Source: Candidatus Poribacteria bacterium (GTDB taxonomy: Bacteria; Poribacteria; WGA-4E; JAJDTR01). Taken from it: DNA of 64,000 nucleotides. The position numbers and the translations under genes were made by a program. Location: NCBI GenBank assembly GCA_965222225.1, contig CBDCTK010000002.1, positions 1,568,001 through 1,632,000 on the forward strand. Reading direction: 5' to 3'. Position 1 is the first letter of the stretch; every line of letters starts with the position of its first letter. The notes beneath the pieces were generated by a model. That model had not been told where the DNA came from and made no database searches. It was given only the letters and a program-made list of their open reading frames with translations. Below, in pieces: positions 1 through 10,235 of this stretch.

Positions 1-1
1 G

Positions 2-3000
2 ATGGATATCAACGGCCAGGTCGTCTGGAGCGGCGAGGTCGGCATTGAATCCGGCAAAATTTACTACTACTACTACGAAATTGAACTCAGCACCCCGGTG
101 CCGCTCGTACTCGGCGAAGGTGGCGCCACGATGCTGTCGCGCTATGTGGTTCCCGATCCGCGCAACCTTCAGATTGAAGACCGCGGCATGATCGACGCCA
201 TCTTCACCATGCAGGTGCAGGACGCCATAGCGCCGTTCCTCAATCCGTTTCTCGAGGCAATTTTGGCAGGCCAGGATATCTCCACCGTAAACGTTGAGGA
301 TATCCTCACGGGCGAAAATCTCGGGATGTTGCTCGGCGCGCTCACCGGCGCGAGCTATCCCATTTACATGGATATCATGACCTCCATGAATCCGCAGATG
401 GTGTCGGTGTTTACCGTACCCATGTCAACCGAGGATCAATCCGTCTGGTACACCACAATCGACCTCTCGACCATTCAGGATGGAATGCACACCGTTGACG
501 CCAACGCGTTCGATTCGGAGGGCGTCCAGATTGATAACCGTCCTGTCTTCGGCAAAGCCTTTATGCTGGATCGGACCGCGCCGGAGATCGATATTTCGGT
601 CGATAACGGTCAAAACTCCGGCATGTACATGCGGGACGACGGTGTTCTAATCACTACCGGATTGATAACCCCCGACCCGAACCAGATGGCATCCCTGATG
701 CTGAACGCCAGTACCATGGACAGCACAGAAGATTTGGGCGACTTCATGTTCCAGATTATCCGCTACGGCGGAGATCCCTCCGCCCAGATGGCGAACGCTT
801 GGGTGCCGCTGCTCGACCCGACCATTGTGCCTATGCTTGACGGGCTTTCGCTGAACACATTTGACCAATTCATCGCTTCCGCGTTTAACGACTTGTTGAC
901 GCTGAATGCTTTGGCAGGTCTACCCGCCGGCATGTTGCAGCCGTTCGAGATGATGATTCGGGGAATGAACAACGACCCCGCGCTCATCGTCGGCGAATAC
1001 GGTCTACGCGCCGTCGCGATGGATGATGTTGGTAACCTTTCGTCCTATACCGCGCCGATTCGCGTGAATATTGTGCCGCCGGATCGCGATCAGGCGCTTA
1101 TCGCGAATATCAACATTGGCGATTGCAACAAAGACGGCGACTTGGAAGATCCTTTCGAGAGTCAGGCACCCGGGGAGACCACAATCTTCGCCAATACCCG
1201 TAGCCTCACCTTGACTGTCGAAACTCCGAATCGCACGCCGCACCCGTTGACCGGCATTGTCGTCCAGTATAAAACCGCGCACGGCACTGGAGCGTGGAAG
1301 GATATAGCGACAATCGACGCCCCTGGCGATGTAGAATGGAATATCGCCGATGTCAATGCACTGATTGACGGCGGCGGCGATGACCCGCACATCTACGTGC
1401 GGGCCGTGGCGACCAACGCCCTCGCCATCTCCGATCCCGATCCGGCAGCCCCGACAGTCAAACTTGACGCCGGTGTCTGCCCCGTCCAGCCGGAGCATGT
1501 CGCTGTCAATATTGTACCCGCCGGAACGAACGATGAGACTGGCGGTTACTGCGGAATTATAACTGTTTACGGTTATACCGCCGCACGCACCATTCCCGAT
1601 CTCGCTTCCGTCCGGTTCGATTTGACGATGGCCGACGGCTCCTCCATCACAATCGGCGAAGCCACCGAATCCTGGGTATTCACCGAGCTACCGACCAACG
1701 ATCTGGTTATCGTCCTCGGAGACCTCTTGAACCTTATCCTTAATGAAGGAATGGGATCATCCGCGCCGGAAGCCACATACCGAAAATGGTCGATTACTTT
1801 CAACACGGCATCGCTCGTAGATTCGCTCGATGCGCCGTATGTCGTTAGCGCGACCATGATTGGCGCCGATGGCATGGAATACGTGCCCATCGCTGGCGGA
1901 ACCGATGACTTCCTCCTGCATAACGGGGATGTGGAAGTCGGTACTACCATTACTGCGGTAGCCGATGCATACGGTACGCTTGAGATGACCGACGGCGGCT
2001 ACGTCCAACTCGGCGGTATCACCGCCGGTGGGTATGATACGCCAGTCGCTATATTGACGGCTGATCCCGCCGCGCCGGATTGGAGAGTCGACGGGATCAG
2101 CCTCGTCGCCCACATGCGGAACGACGATGGATCCAAGGGCGGCGCTGTAGATGTCGGTGAGGTCACCGTTGAGGAAACCGTCAGTGTTGACATGGCGGAC
2201 ATGACCAAGGACAGCAGCAATAAGATTTACACAATCACTATTACCGACCTGAGCGTGCTCGGCGCCGGAGGCGACTATGTGCTCCAAGTTTTGGCGCACG
2301 ACTCCAAAGCCGCGCCGGATGTCGAAGCGGAAGATCCCGCGCTCGGCGTTGCCGCCAATGTCGATAACTTTACGCCTCCGCCGAACATTACCATTGACGG
2401 CAGGGGCGGGGGAATGGGCCTCGCCGACTTTATGGCGGCTCACCCCCTCGGATACCGCATCGCCATGTCGGACAACAATATGTTCCCGTTCTCGATGAAT
2501 GCGCCCGGCGTACTCATGGGTGATATCACGGTTCAGATTGATGGCGGAACGTTGGCTGACGATTTGGTGATGATTGACGGCGCGCGGCACGACTTTAGTA
2601 TCGTCGCCAGCACCTCGACCACCGGTGAGGGCGATCGCCCCGCCAGTGGTACTGTTACCAAGCGTAACGGCAGCGTCGCGTTTGATCTCGTGAATCTCGC
2701 TATTGACCGTATACCGCCGGTAATCAGCGTCCTGACGCCGACCGAAGATGCCGAGGTCAGTTCGCTCCCGACAATCCACGCCATTTACAACGATGGCGCG
2801 GGATACGGGATCGCCGTTCTCTCGGACGATGCGCTGGATGTCGCCGCGAATGTCGAGATCCTCGTCACACGCTTGAATCCGCCGAATGAAAGCGCGATTC
2901 CCGTCAATCAGGACGAGCTTGACGACGCTGATGCCGAGGTCGTCTACTCCCCCGACGATGCGCTTGTCGGCGGCGCCTATCGCACCGATGTCTCCGTCAC

Positions 3001-5980
3001 CGATAAGTGGGGCAACAGAAGCACCGCCGCCGGTGAGTTCACCGTGGTCGGCACGCTTCCGTCCGTCACAATCCTGTCGCCGATGGAAGGCAGCCTGTCG
3101 GAAGACGGTATGCCGCTTGTTAGCGCGGTGATAACCGGAACCGGAACGTTGGATGTCGTCTTTATGATTAACGGTGAGGCGATGGATGCCCAGATGGACG
3201 GTAAATATCTGAGGTATACGCCCGAATCGCCGCTAGCGGAAGGCGAACACTCCGTGTCTATTCAAGTCGGCGATGCCGACGGCAAAATGGCGGATGCCTC
3301 CGTAATCTTTACGGTCGACTATCCGGAACCTGATATGACACCGCCAGTCGTCACACAGGTCAGTCCGCAGGGAACCGTATGGGGAGCTAACGTGACACTG
3401 TCTGTAACGGCTGTCGACGACCAATCCGGAGTCGCAAGCGTATCTATCGCCCTTGACGGCGGGGATGCGGTCGAAGGCGCCAGCCGCGACGTGGAAGGCC
3501 TCACGCTCGGTCAGCACACCGCTACCGCTACCGTCACCAATGGCGACGGGTTCTCCGACGAATACAGTTGGACGTTCTCGATTGCACTTGATGTGGAAGC
3601 GCCAACCATCGCGACGACATCGCCGCTGGGTGTTGTGCGAACAACTACACCGACCGTAACCGTTGGAGCTACCGATCTATCCGGCATCGCCTCGATTGAA
3701 ATCGCTGTTACGAATAGCAACGGCGACGCGGTTGATGGCGATACGGCTATGGACGAGAGCGGAACCGCCGCATCGTTAGTCCCGGCAGGCGGCTTGGCGA
3801 ACGATACCTATTCTGTTGCCGCCGTAGTCACTGACAACGCGGGCAACGTCGCGAGCACCGGTTGGAGTTTCACCGTTGAACACAGCTACGACACCACGGG
3901 CCCGAGCATTGATGTTTACTCGCCGCAAGGCGTTGTTCGCATCGATATGCCGACAATCGGCGTAACTGCGTCTGATGTCAGTGGCACCGCAGAGCAGGGA
4001 CTGTCGGGCATAGCGAGTATAGCAATCTCCGTGGCAGCTAGCGACGGCACTGCGGTCGGCGGTACGTCCGAGTATGACGGCGCATCGTCTGCTAGGTTCA
4101 TCCCGAATGCCGGCTTGGCGAACGATACCTATACGGCTACTGCTGTTGTCACCGATAATAGTGGCAATGAGACGAGTGCCGCCTGGAACTTCACCGTGGA
4201 AGTTGTCATGGATGAAATGTCGCCAATCATCAACGCGACATCGCCGCAGGGCACCATCCGCACCAACAGGCCGCGGATAGATGTATCCGCCACGGACGAT
4301 ATGTCCGGCATTGCGTCTTTCGTCATTCGCGTCGTGCGCAGCGACTTCGTCCGAATAGATGGCAATCTAACCTACGAGGGTGGCACCAAGGCGTCCTTGA
4401 CCCCTGCCAACGCCCTGAGAAACGATACCTACTCCGTGGCTGTCGATGTCACCGATAAGGCAGGCAATGTGACGAACGTGAGCTGGAGTTTCACCGTTCA
4501 AGTTGATGCTACGCCTCCGGTGTTTGGCACCAACTCCCCCATGGGAATCGTCAGGGACGACATGCCGAGAGTCAGCGTGTCTGCGATTGATGATGAATCC
4601 GGTGTCGCGAGCATTGAGATTCGCGTGCTCAACAGCGCCTTCCAGAGAATCGGCGGTCCGCACACCTATGAGGGTGGTACCGCCGCTGCCTTTGTCCCGG
4701 AGCGAGCGCTGCCTAACGGTACCTATACGGTTGGCGCGACAGCCACCGATAAGGCGGGGAACAGTTCGGACGCGACGTGGACCTTCGCTATCGAAGCCGA
4801 CCACACGCCGCCGACCGTCAATTCCACGTCGCCGCAAGGCATCATTCGCGACGACACGCCGCGTGTCAGCGTCTCCGCAACGGACGACATCTCCGGTATC
4901 GCGAGCATTGAGATACGTGTCCTGAACAGCGCGTTCGTACGAATCGCAGGACCCACCACGTTTGAGGGCGGTACCGTCGGCTTCTTCAACCCGACGAGTC
5001 CGATGAGGAACGACACCTACACTGTTGGTGTGAAGGTGACCGACAAAGCCGGCAACACCACCGACGCCGATTGGGTCTTTACAATCGAAGTCGATGAGGT
5101 GCCTCCGACTATCGGCGACACGGCACCGCACGGCATAATTCGCACGGCGCAGCCTCGGGTAACCGTATCCGCGACCGACGACTTGTCCGGGATCAGGAGC
5201 TTCTCGATTCGTGTGGTTGACGCCGCGTTTAACCGCGTCGCGGGACCCACAACCTTCCAAGGTGGAACCTTCGCGAGTTGGTCGCCGTCCGCCGGCATGG
5301 CTAACGGCGTTTACTCCGTAGGCGCGGATGTGACCGACAAGAGCGGAAATGTCGCCAGCACGGGCTGGAGTTTCACCGTCGAAGTGGATACCGTTGAGCC
5401 GAGCATCGTGCATACCTCGCCAGCGGGCAGTGTGCGCCCGGAGAATCCAATCATCTCCGTCTCCGCCACGGACAATCTGTCGGGTATCGCGAGTATCGTA
5501 ATCTCGTTGAGAGACAGCAACCAGAGCGCTGTTCCAGGTCGGACGGTCTTTGAGGGTGGCACGATTGGAACCTTTGTCCCGTTAGGAGCGTTGGACTACG
5601 GAACGCACTATGTTGGCGTCAGAGTCTCGGATAAGGCGGGTAACGTTGCGAATGCGACGTATAGCTTTACCGTCGAATCAGCGGACGGTGTCGCCGTGCT
5701 GAATGCGAGAAACTTCCCGAACCCCTTCGCCGGTGCGACAAAAATTGCGTTCACGTTGACCCGAAGCTCCGAGGTCAGTATCGAAATCTTTGATATTTCG
5801 ATGCGTCCTGTTTGGAACATGAGTCGCAGGACGATCCAGGCGACAAAAGAGCACGTCATCGGATGGGACGGTACAACCACCGGCGGCGAAAAGTTGGCGC
5901 GAGGTGTATACTTCTGCCAGATTATGGTACACGATAGCCTCAACCCGCAATACGCCATCCTCAAGATGGCAATCAAGTAA
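2..5980 (+). CDS. Giant secreted/surface protein with tandem Ig-like (Big-type) repeats and C-terminal T9SS type A / FlgD-Ig sorting domain (5' end probably outside the window)
   Basis: 1992-aa acidic ORF open from the window edge; ~98-aa repeats DxxPPxI..SPxG..SAxDDxSGIASI..TDKAGN..WxFTVE; C-terminus NFPNPF...IEIFDI...WDG...GEKLARGVYF...KMAIK. Confidence 0.85.
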   Translation: MDINGQVVWSGEVGIESGKIYYYYYEIELSTPVPLVLGEGGATMLSRYVVPDPRNLQIEDRGMIDAIFTMQVQDAIAPFLNPFLEAILAGQDISTVNVEDILTGENLGMLLGALTGASYPIYMDIMTSMNPQMVSVFTVPMSTEDQSVWYTTIDLSTIQDGMHTVDANAFDSEGVQIDNRPVFGKAFMLDRTAPEIDISVDNGQNSGMYMRDDGVLITTGLITPDPNQMASLMLNASTMDSTEDLGDFMFQIIRYGGDPSAQMANAWVPLLDPTIVPMLDGLSLNTFDQFIASAFNDLLTLNALAGLPAGMLQPFEMMIRGMNNDPALIVGEYGLRAVAMDDVGNLSSYTAPIRVNIVPPDRDQALIANINIGDCNKDGDLEDPFESQAPGETTIFANTRSLTLTVETPNRTPHPLTGIVVQYKTAHGTGAWKDIATIDAPGDVEWNIADVNALIDGGGDDPHIYVRAVATNALAISDPDPAAPTVKLDAGVCPVQPEHVAVNIVPAGTNDETGGYCGIITVYGYTAARTIPDLASVRFDLTMADGSSITIGEATESWVFTELPTNDLVIVLGDLLNLILNEGMGSSAPEATYRKWSITFNTASLVDSLDAPYVVSATMIGADGMEYVPIAGGTDDFLLHNGDVEVGTTITAVADAYGTLEMTDGGYVQLGGITAGGYDTPVAILTADPAAPDWRVDGISLVAHMRNDDGSKGGAVDVGEVTVEETVSVDMADMTKDSSNKIYTITITDLSVLGAGGDYVLQVLAHDSKAAPDVEAEDPALGVAANVDNFTPPPNITIDGRGGGMGLADFMAAHPLGYRIAMSDNNMFPFSMNAPGVLMGDITVQIDGGTLADDLVMIDGARHDFSIVASTSTTGEGDRPASGTVTKRNGSVAFDLVNLAIDRIPPVISVLTPTEDAEVSSLPTIHAIYNDGAGYGIAVLSDDALDVAANVEILVTRLNPPNESAIPVNQDELDDADAEVVYSPDDALVGGAYRTDVSVTDKWGNRSTAAGEFTVVGTLPSVTILSPMEGSLSEDGMPLVSAVITGTGTLDVVFMINGEAMDAQMDGKYLRYTPESPLAEGEHSVSIQVGDADGKMADASVIFTVDYPEPDMTPPVVTQVSPQGTVWGANVTLSVTAVDDQSGVASVSIALDGGDAVEGASRDVEGLTLGQHTATATVTNGDGFSDEYSWTFSIALDVEAPTIATTSPLGVVRTTTPTVTVGATDLSGIASIEIAVTNSNGDAVDGDTAMDESGTAASLVPAGGLANDTYSVAAVVTDNAGNVASTGWSFTVEHSYDTTGPSIDVYSPQGVVRIDMPTIGVTASDVSGTAEQGLSGIASIAISVAASDGTAVGGTSEYDGASSARFIPNAGLANDTYTATAVVTDNSGNETSAAWNFTVEVVMDEMSPIINATSPQGTIRTNRPRIDVSATDDMSGIASFVIRVVRSDFVRIDGNLTYEGGTKASLTPANALRNDTYSVAVDVTDKAGNVTNVSWSFTVQVDATPPVFGTNSPMGIVRDDMPRVSVSAIDDESGVASIEIRVLNSAFQRIGGPHTYEGGTAAAFVPERALPNGTYTVGATATDKAGNSSDATWTFAIEADHTPPTVNSTSPQGIIRDDTPRVSVSATDDISGIASIEIRVLNSAFVRIAGPTTFEGGTVGFFNPTSPMRNDTYTVGVKVTDKAGNTTDADWVFTIEVDEVPPTIGDTAPHGIIRTAQPRVTVSATDDLSGIRSFSIRVVDAAFNRVAGPTTFQGGTFASWSPSAGMANGVYSVGADVTDKSGNVASTGWSFTVEVDTVEPSIVHTSPAGSVRPENPIISVSATDNLSGIASIVISLRDSNQSAVPGRTVFEGGTIGTFVPLGALDYGTHYVGVRVSDKAGNVANATYSFTVESADGVAVLNARNFPNPFAGATKIAFTLTRSSEVSIEIFDISMRPVWNMSRRTIQATKEHVIGWDGTTTGGEKLARGVYFCQIMVHDSLNPQYAILKMAIK
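3590..5680 (+). repeat. Seven intragenic tandem Ig-like domain repeats, the last five with an exact 294-nt period
   Basis: Repeat starts at 3590, 3890, 4211, 4505, 4799, 5093 and 5387. Confidence 0.85.
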
Positions 5981-5986
5981 TCACAA

Positions 5987-6029
5987 CGCTTAACCCCTGT
6001 CCCCCATGAGGGGGCGCAGGGGTTGAGCG
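5987..6029 (+). terminator. Strong GC-rich hairpin after the giant gene (mRNA stabiliser or partial terminator; no U-tract)
   Basis: CGCTTAACCCCTGTCCCCC-ATGA-GGGGGCGCAGGGGTTGAGCG. Confidence 0.6.
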
Positions 6030-6148
6030 CCGCATTAGTATTTACGCATTAACCTTTTCAATGCTGCACCAGGCCTAAATATCTTCTTTTCAATCTTGAC
6101 AACGTTAAACACGACGCGCACACAAATTACTCTACAAAGGAGAACAAC

Positions 6149-7117
6149 ATGATTCAGATGAAGCCGAAATTGATGCTGGGGTCATTCCTGGTTTTAATTG
6201 CGCTACTGGCTTTCGCTCCAATCTATTCTGCCAACGCCGTTGACGCTGCTCCATACCTGCGGCTGGGGGCGGGCGCCCAATCCATAGGTGTCGGCGGCGC
6301 GGTCACCGCAACGGTTGATGATGCCACCGCAACCGTCTGGAACCCCGCAGGTTTAGCTTCGGTGAAGAATACGACGTTTACCGTTTCCACGTTCAACATG
6401 GGGTACGACGCAAGACAGAGTTTCCTCGGTATCGCCAAAAACCTGGGCAACGGCTCGATAGGTTTCGCTGTCTCGGGTGTTACCGTCGATGGTATTGAAA
6501 ACCGTGACGGAAACGATATTAGACGTGGGACGTTCCGACAAAACTCAAACGCGATTTCACTCTCGTACGGACACATGTTCGACAATTTTAGCATCGGCTT
6601 TGGCGTCGGCGCTCTCACGGATGTGTATAGTTTCGATGCCGAGCGCATCAATGGATTTCGTGGCGCCGATATCGGATTCATCGGCCAACGCGTCCACACG
6701 ACCGACAGCGGAAAAGAAATTCCAATCTTCACCTACGGACTCGCCATCCGCAACCTCGGAAGTTCGTATAGCGGTTCGCACAGCGAAAGCGCCGTGCCCA
6801 TGCTTGTAGATGCGGGCGTATCATTTAAACTGCCGCGTAAGGGCGCAAAGGTCACCTTCTCGTTTGATGTCCAGCAGGAGTACGTGGAGCTGGACGAATC
6901 AACCACCAGCGCACGCATCGGCGCGGAATACAAGATTTCAAAACGATTTGCGATTCGCGGCGGGGCGCGAGGCACACAAGACCACCAGAGTTTGTTCGCG
7001 GGCTTCGGTGTCAATGTCGGTGCACTCCAAGTCGATTACGCACTCCAAGATGCGCCGGCAAGTCGGCTGAGCGACTCGGGCACGACGCATCATGTATCGA
7101 TGTCCTATAGTTACTAA
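6149..7117 (+). CDS. PorV/PorQ-family (FadL-like) outer-membrane beta-barrel protein
   Basis: RBS AAGGAG; signal peptide; YLRLGAGAQSIGVGGA...ATVWNPAGL motif; C-terminal VDYA...HHVSMSYSY. Confidence 0.8.
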   Translation: MIQMKPKLMLGSFLVLIALLAFAPIYSANAVDAAPYLRLGAGAQSIGVGGAVTATVDDATATVWNPAGLASVKNTTFTVSTFNMGYDARQSFLGIAKNLGNGSIGFAVSGVTVDGIENRDGNDIRRGTFRQNSNAISLSYGHMFDNFSIGFGVGALTDVYSFDAERINGFRGADIGFIGQRVHTTDSGKEIPIFTYGLAIRNLGSSYSGSHSESAVPMLVDAGVSFKLPRKGAKVTFSFDVQQEYVELDESTTSARIGAEYKISKRFAIRGGARGTQDHQSLFAGFGVNVGALQVDYALQDAPASRLSDSGTTHHVSMSYSY

Positions 7118-7161
7118 TACTAATGAACGGGCAATACTATAACAGTAAGGAGAACCACCTC

Positions 7162-8001
7162 ATGAAAGCAATGAAATCTGCCGTGAGTTTAGGACTTATC
7201 CTCTTTCTCTGCGTGTCGTTGAGTGGTGTTCTGTTGGTGTTGGACGCCTCGGCGAAAATCACGCCGAAAGAGACCGATGTCCCCACGGGATTCTACGCCA
7301 TTCAAAAAGGCGATACGCTATGGCACCTCGCCAAGAACTATCGGAATGATCCCCTATTGTGGCGGGAATTCGAGAAATATAACATCTTCACCAATCCGCA
7401 CCTAATCTACCCGAAGGAAAAACTCCAAGTGTCCGCGATGTGGGGGTTCCCCGGTGTCGCAATGCCCGAGCCGCCGGCAATGGTTGCCGAAATGGCAGCA
7501 AAGTCTGACTTGGATATGCTTAGAGCGAATTTTGAAGCCCATCTCATGAGCACGGCAGCCTCCCTTGAGGAAATCGGTGCCGAAGTTTCCGAAATTCACC
7601 AAGAGATTCACGGCATTCAGGAATCCATAACGGGACTGAAAAGCGCGATGGACATGGGCGGTGAGTCGCTCTCAATGGCGAACATGGAGAACTCGAAAGC
7701 CATCGCCGGTCTGAACGACTCCGTAATGGGTATCGGTAAGAAGTTCAAAGCGCACATCATGGAGATGGAGACGGCACACATGGAGCACGTCAAGCACGGC
7801 GAGCACATTGACGGTCACCTTGAGAATATTGAGAAGACGCTCGCCGGAATGAAGGCAGTGCAAGACGATACCCCCGGAAAGGTCGACAAGATTCTCACTC
7901 CCCCGGCGAAGAAAAAGTACAAAACACGTCCGATCGCCTTCCTGACAGCATTGGTTGGCGGAGCCGCGTGGGTAGCCGTGAACTCTCTCGGCGATCGCTA
8001 A
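7162..8001 (+). CDS. LysM peptidoglycan-binding protein with coiled coil and C-terminal membrane anchor
   Basis: RBS AAGGAG before ATG 7162; signal peptide; LysM motif YAIQKGDTLWHLA...NPHLIYP; heptad-rich middle; hydrophobic C-terminus. Confidence 0.8.
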   Translation: MKAMKSAVSLGLILFLCVSLSGVLLVLDASAKITPKETDVPTGFYAIQKGDTLWHLAKNYRNDPLLWREFEKYNIFTNPHLIYPKEKLQVSAMWGFPGVAMPEPPAMVAEMAAKSDLDMLRANFEAHLMSTAASLEEIGAEVSEIHQEIHGIQESITGLKSAMDMGGESLSMANMENSKAIAGLNDSVMGIGKKFKAHIMEMETAHMEHVKHGEHIDGHLENIEKTLAGMKAVQDDTPGKVDKILTPPAKKKYKTRPIAFLTALVGGAAWVAVNSLGDR

Positions 8002-8024
8002 TAACCGAACCGGCACAAACGACC

Positions 8025-8067
8025 AAAAAGCAGGGCAAATGCTCAACGGCATCCGCCCTGCTTTTTT
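8025..8067. terminator. Rho-independent (bidirectional-type) terminator
   Basis: AAAAAGCAGGGC...GCCCTGCTTTTTT. Confidence 0.8.
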
Positions 8068-8102
8068 CGTTTCAACATTCTATAGTCATCTATATTCATA
8101 TT

Positions 8103-8262
8103 GTAGTATGTAGGGTGCGATCAACCGAGCGATCAAGGAAGCGAATAGCGACCGCGATAGAGATCTTCTAGCGAAGGATCAAGTAGTATGTAGGGTGCGC
8201 ACTGCGCACCAGCCTTTGAAAGCCCTAGCGAAGGATCAAGCGATCAAGCGAGTGCGATAGAA
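8103..8262 (+). repeat. Cluster A of mini-hairpin repeats (GATCAA..GCGATAG) with a GTAG-REP
   Basis: Complete unit at 8131, several truncated GATCAA starts, REP at 8190-8210. Confidence 0.9.
8190..8210 (+). repeat. GTAG-type REP palindrome (other copies at 9188-9208, 13179-13199, 16464-16484)
   Basis: GTAG-GGTGCGCA-C-TGCGCACC; all four copies are followed by AGCCTTT. Confidence 0.8.
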
Positions 8263-8379
8263 GATTATGATAAAAATCCACGCCCTCCACCGCCCTTCTA
8301 ACACGCGTGCTATTGCGCACCTATCAAACGTGCACACATCACGTCTGTCACTGGCAACTAGACCCCAACCACTGCCATT

Positions 8380-8961
8380 ATGTCCCAACTTGAATACATA
8401 GTCGATCGCCTAACCGAACTTTCGGGCGACCGAATCAGCGAAATTGGTGAATCCATGAGGACCGGTTTGGGCTGGGTCGGCGCTAACACACTCGTCCTGC
8501 TCGCGGACAACGAGAAATGCCAATTTCACAGCGCCTCTGGTTGGCGGCGAGCATCGCGAATAATCGGCTTGGCACGCCAACTCGGAAAGCCCCTGCTCCT
8601 ATGGAATCTATCTTTCCACAACGACGCTCGGCGAACCCCAAACCTCGGTACGGAACGGGCGGCTCGAGACGCTCAACAGCACATCGTTCAATTTCCCTCT
8701 GCCATTGTTAGCGTTATTGAAGGCGCCCAAAAAAGAGACTTCTCAGCAGTCGAACTTGCTTTACCGGACGGTATCGTCTTTGTCGATGGCGCCGAAACGC
8801 TCTGGGGACACCTTACGATTTCACCGAGAACCATCGTTGCGAGCAGCGCTGAGGGAATTGCGTCGGGCATTTCAGGGCTGTTAGCCGAAATTGCATCAAT
8901 ACCCGCGAACGAATTAGCTTCTCAACGCAGGACGCGCCTCGCCTCAATCACCTTATCCTAG
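8380..8961 (+). CDS. Hypothetical protein resembling a degenerate acetyl-CoA carboxylase carboxyltransferase alpha (AccA)
   Basis: GWRRASRIIGLARQLGKPLLLW resembles AccA GYRKALRLMxxAERFxxPIITF; the C-terminal ELASQRRTRLASI resembles the AccA tail; the GEGGSGGA motif is absent. Confidence 0.45.
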   Translation: MSQLEYIVDRLTELSGDRISEIGESMRTGLGWVGANTLVLLADNEKCQFHSASGWRRASRIIGLARQLGKPLLLWNLSFHNDARRTPNLGTERAARDAQQHIVQFPSAIVSVIEGAQKRDFSAVELALPDGIVFVDGAETLWGHLTISPRTIVASSAEGIASGISGLLAEIASIPANELASQRRTRLASITLS

Positions 8962-9054
8962 GTAAGCGCCGCAATCAGCAAACAAACTACTCTTCTGTAC
9001 CTCTTGCAACCGTTGTTTTTCCCTTTAATTCCATGTCAATCTATGATAACCTTA

Positions 9055-9467
9055 AAACCTGTTTGAAAAGTACAGTTTGTAGTATGTAGGGTGCGATCAA
9101 CTGAGCGATCAAGGAAGCGAATAGCGACCGATCAAGCGAGTGAATAGCGAGGGCGATAGAAATCCCTTAACTCGACTCAGGAGATTTGTAGGGTGTGCAC
9201 TGCGCACCAGCCTTTAAAGCCCCACCGCGGGATCAAGGGAGCGAATAGCGACTGCGATAGATATCCCTTTTAAAGCCTGGCTGAAAAATACAGTTTGTAG
9301 GGTGCGATCAAAGGAATGAATAATGACTGCGATCAACCGACTGAATAGCGAGTGCGATAGAAGTCCGATAGAAGATCCCATAGGTATGAATCAGCCAACA
9401 ATGAAAACATGGAAAAACGTCCTCAAACTCTCAAAATGGCTTTGCCACCGATTATTCAAAGAGTCCC
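9055..9467. mobile_element. Non-autonomous MITE (IS5-like ends) carrying REP and mini-hairpin repeats (cluster B)
   Basis: TTA|AAACCTGTTTGAAAA ... TTATTCAAAGAGTCCC|TTA; subterminal sequence homologous to 10236-10828; a second left end near 9272. Confidence 0.65.
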
Positions 9468-9540
9468 TTAGATTTTAACGTAACGCGCATAATATATTCT
9501 GCCACGCACCATGTAACCCATTACCAACCCCTATTTCTCC

Positions 9541-10170
9541 ATGATTGAAAAAAACTTCCGGCCCTTCGTCAAGAAAATCCTACTTCCCATTGCGAAAGGC
9601 CTAACGGCAATTGGAATTACCGCGAATACGATCACACTCCTTGGTCTTTTAGTGAACGTCATCGCCGCATTCTTTTTGGCAACAGGACGATTCGTAGTGG
9701 CGGGAATCCTAATACTGTTCGGCGGGAGTTTCGATGCGATTGATGGCGTTGTTGCCCGCGTCAGCAACAAGGACGAATCCAACGCCTCCGGAGCACTGTT
9801 TGATTCCGTAATCGACCGCTATGCGGAAGCCGTTGTCTTTGTGGGCGCGATGATTTACTTCTATCACCTTTCCCACCTGCTAGGCGTGGTCTTGGTCTTC
9901 GCTTCCGTTATCGGATCTATTCTCGTAAGTTATGTCCGCGCCAGAGCCGAAAGCCTCCACGTCGAATGCAAAGTTGGTCTGATGCAGCGCCCGGAACGAA
10001 TCGTCCTCTTGGCGCTCGGCGTCCTCGCCCAAGGCATAATCATAAGATACTTCTCTTGGGAGTCCAACGGCATCATCCTCGTATGCGTATTTGCCATCCT
10101 TGCGTTAACGGCTCACATCACCGCGCTCCACCGCCTCGTCTTCTCTTATTCTCAGCTCAACAACCGATAA
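9541..10170 (+). CDS. CDP-alcohol phosphatidyltransferase (PgsA / PI-phosphate synthase-like)
   Basis: ANxIT; DAIDGVVAR...GALFDSVIDRYAE; SYVRARAE; RPER. Confidence 0.9.
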   Translation: MIEKNFRPFVKKILLPIAKGLTAIGITANTITLLGLLVNVIAAFFLATGRFVVAGILILFGGSFDAIDGVVARVSNKDESNASGALFDSVIDRYAEAVVFVGAMIYFYHLSHLLGVVLVFASVIGSILVSYVRARAESLHVECKVGLMQRPERIVLLALGVLAQGIIIRYFSWESNGIILVCVFAILALTAHITALHRLVFSYSQLNNR

Positions 10171-10235
10171 CCGTTGCAGGTTGGGAGCGGTGATCGTCAA
10201 ATCGCCGATTTCATCTCTTGCCGCCCTCCGCCTTA

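Noticed and set aside
1757-5413. Long antisense ORFs (340 and 348 aa) opposite the giant gene
   Set aside because: Shadow ORFs expected from GC-rich, biased codon usage.
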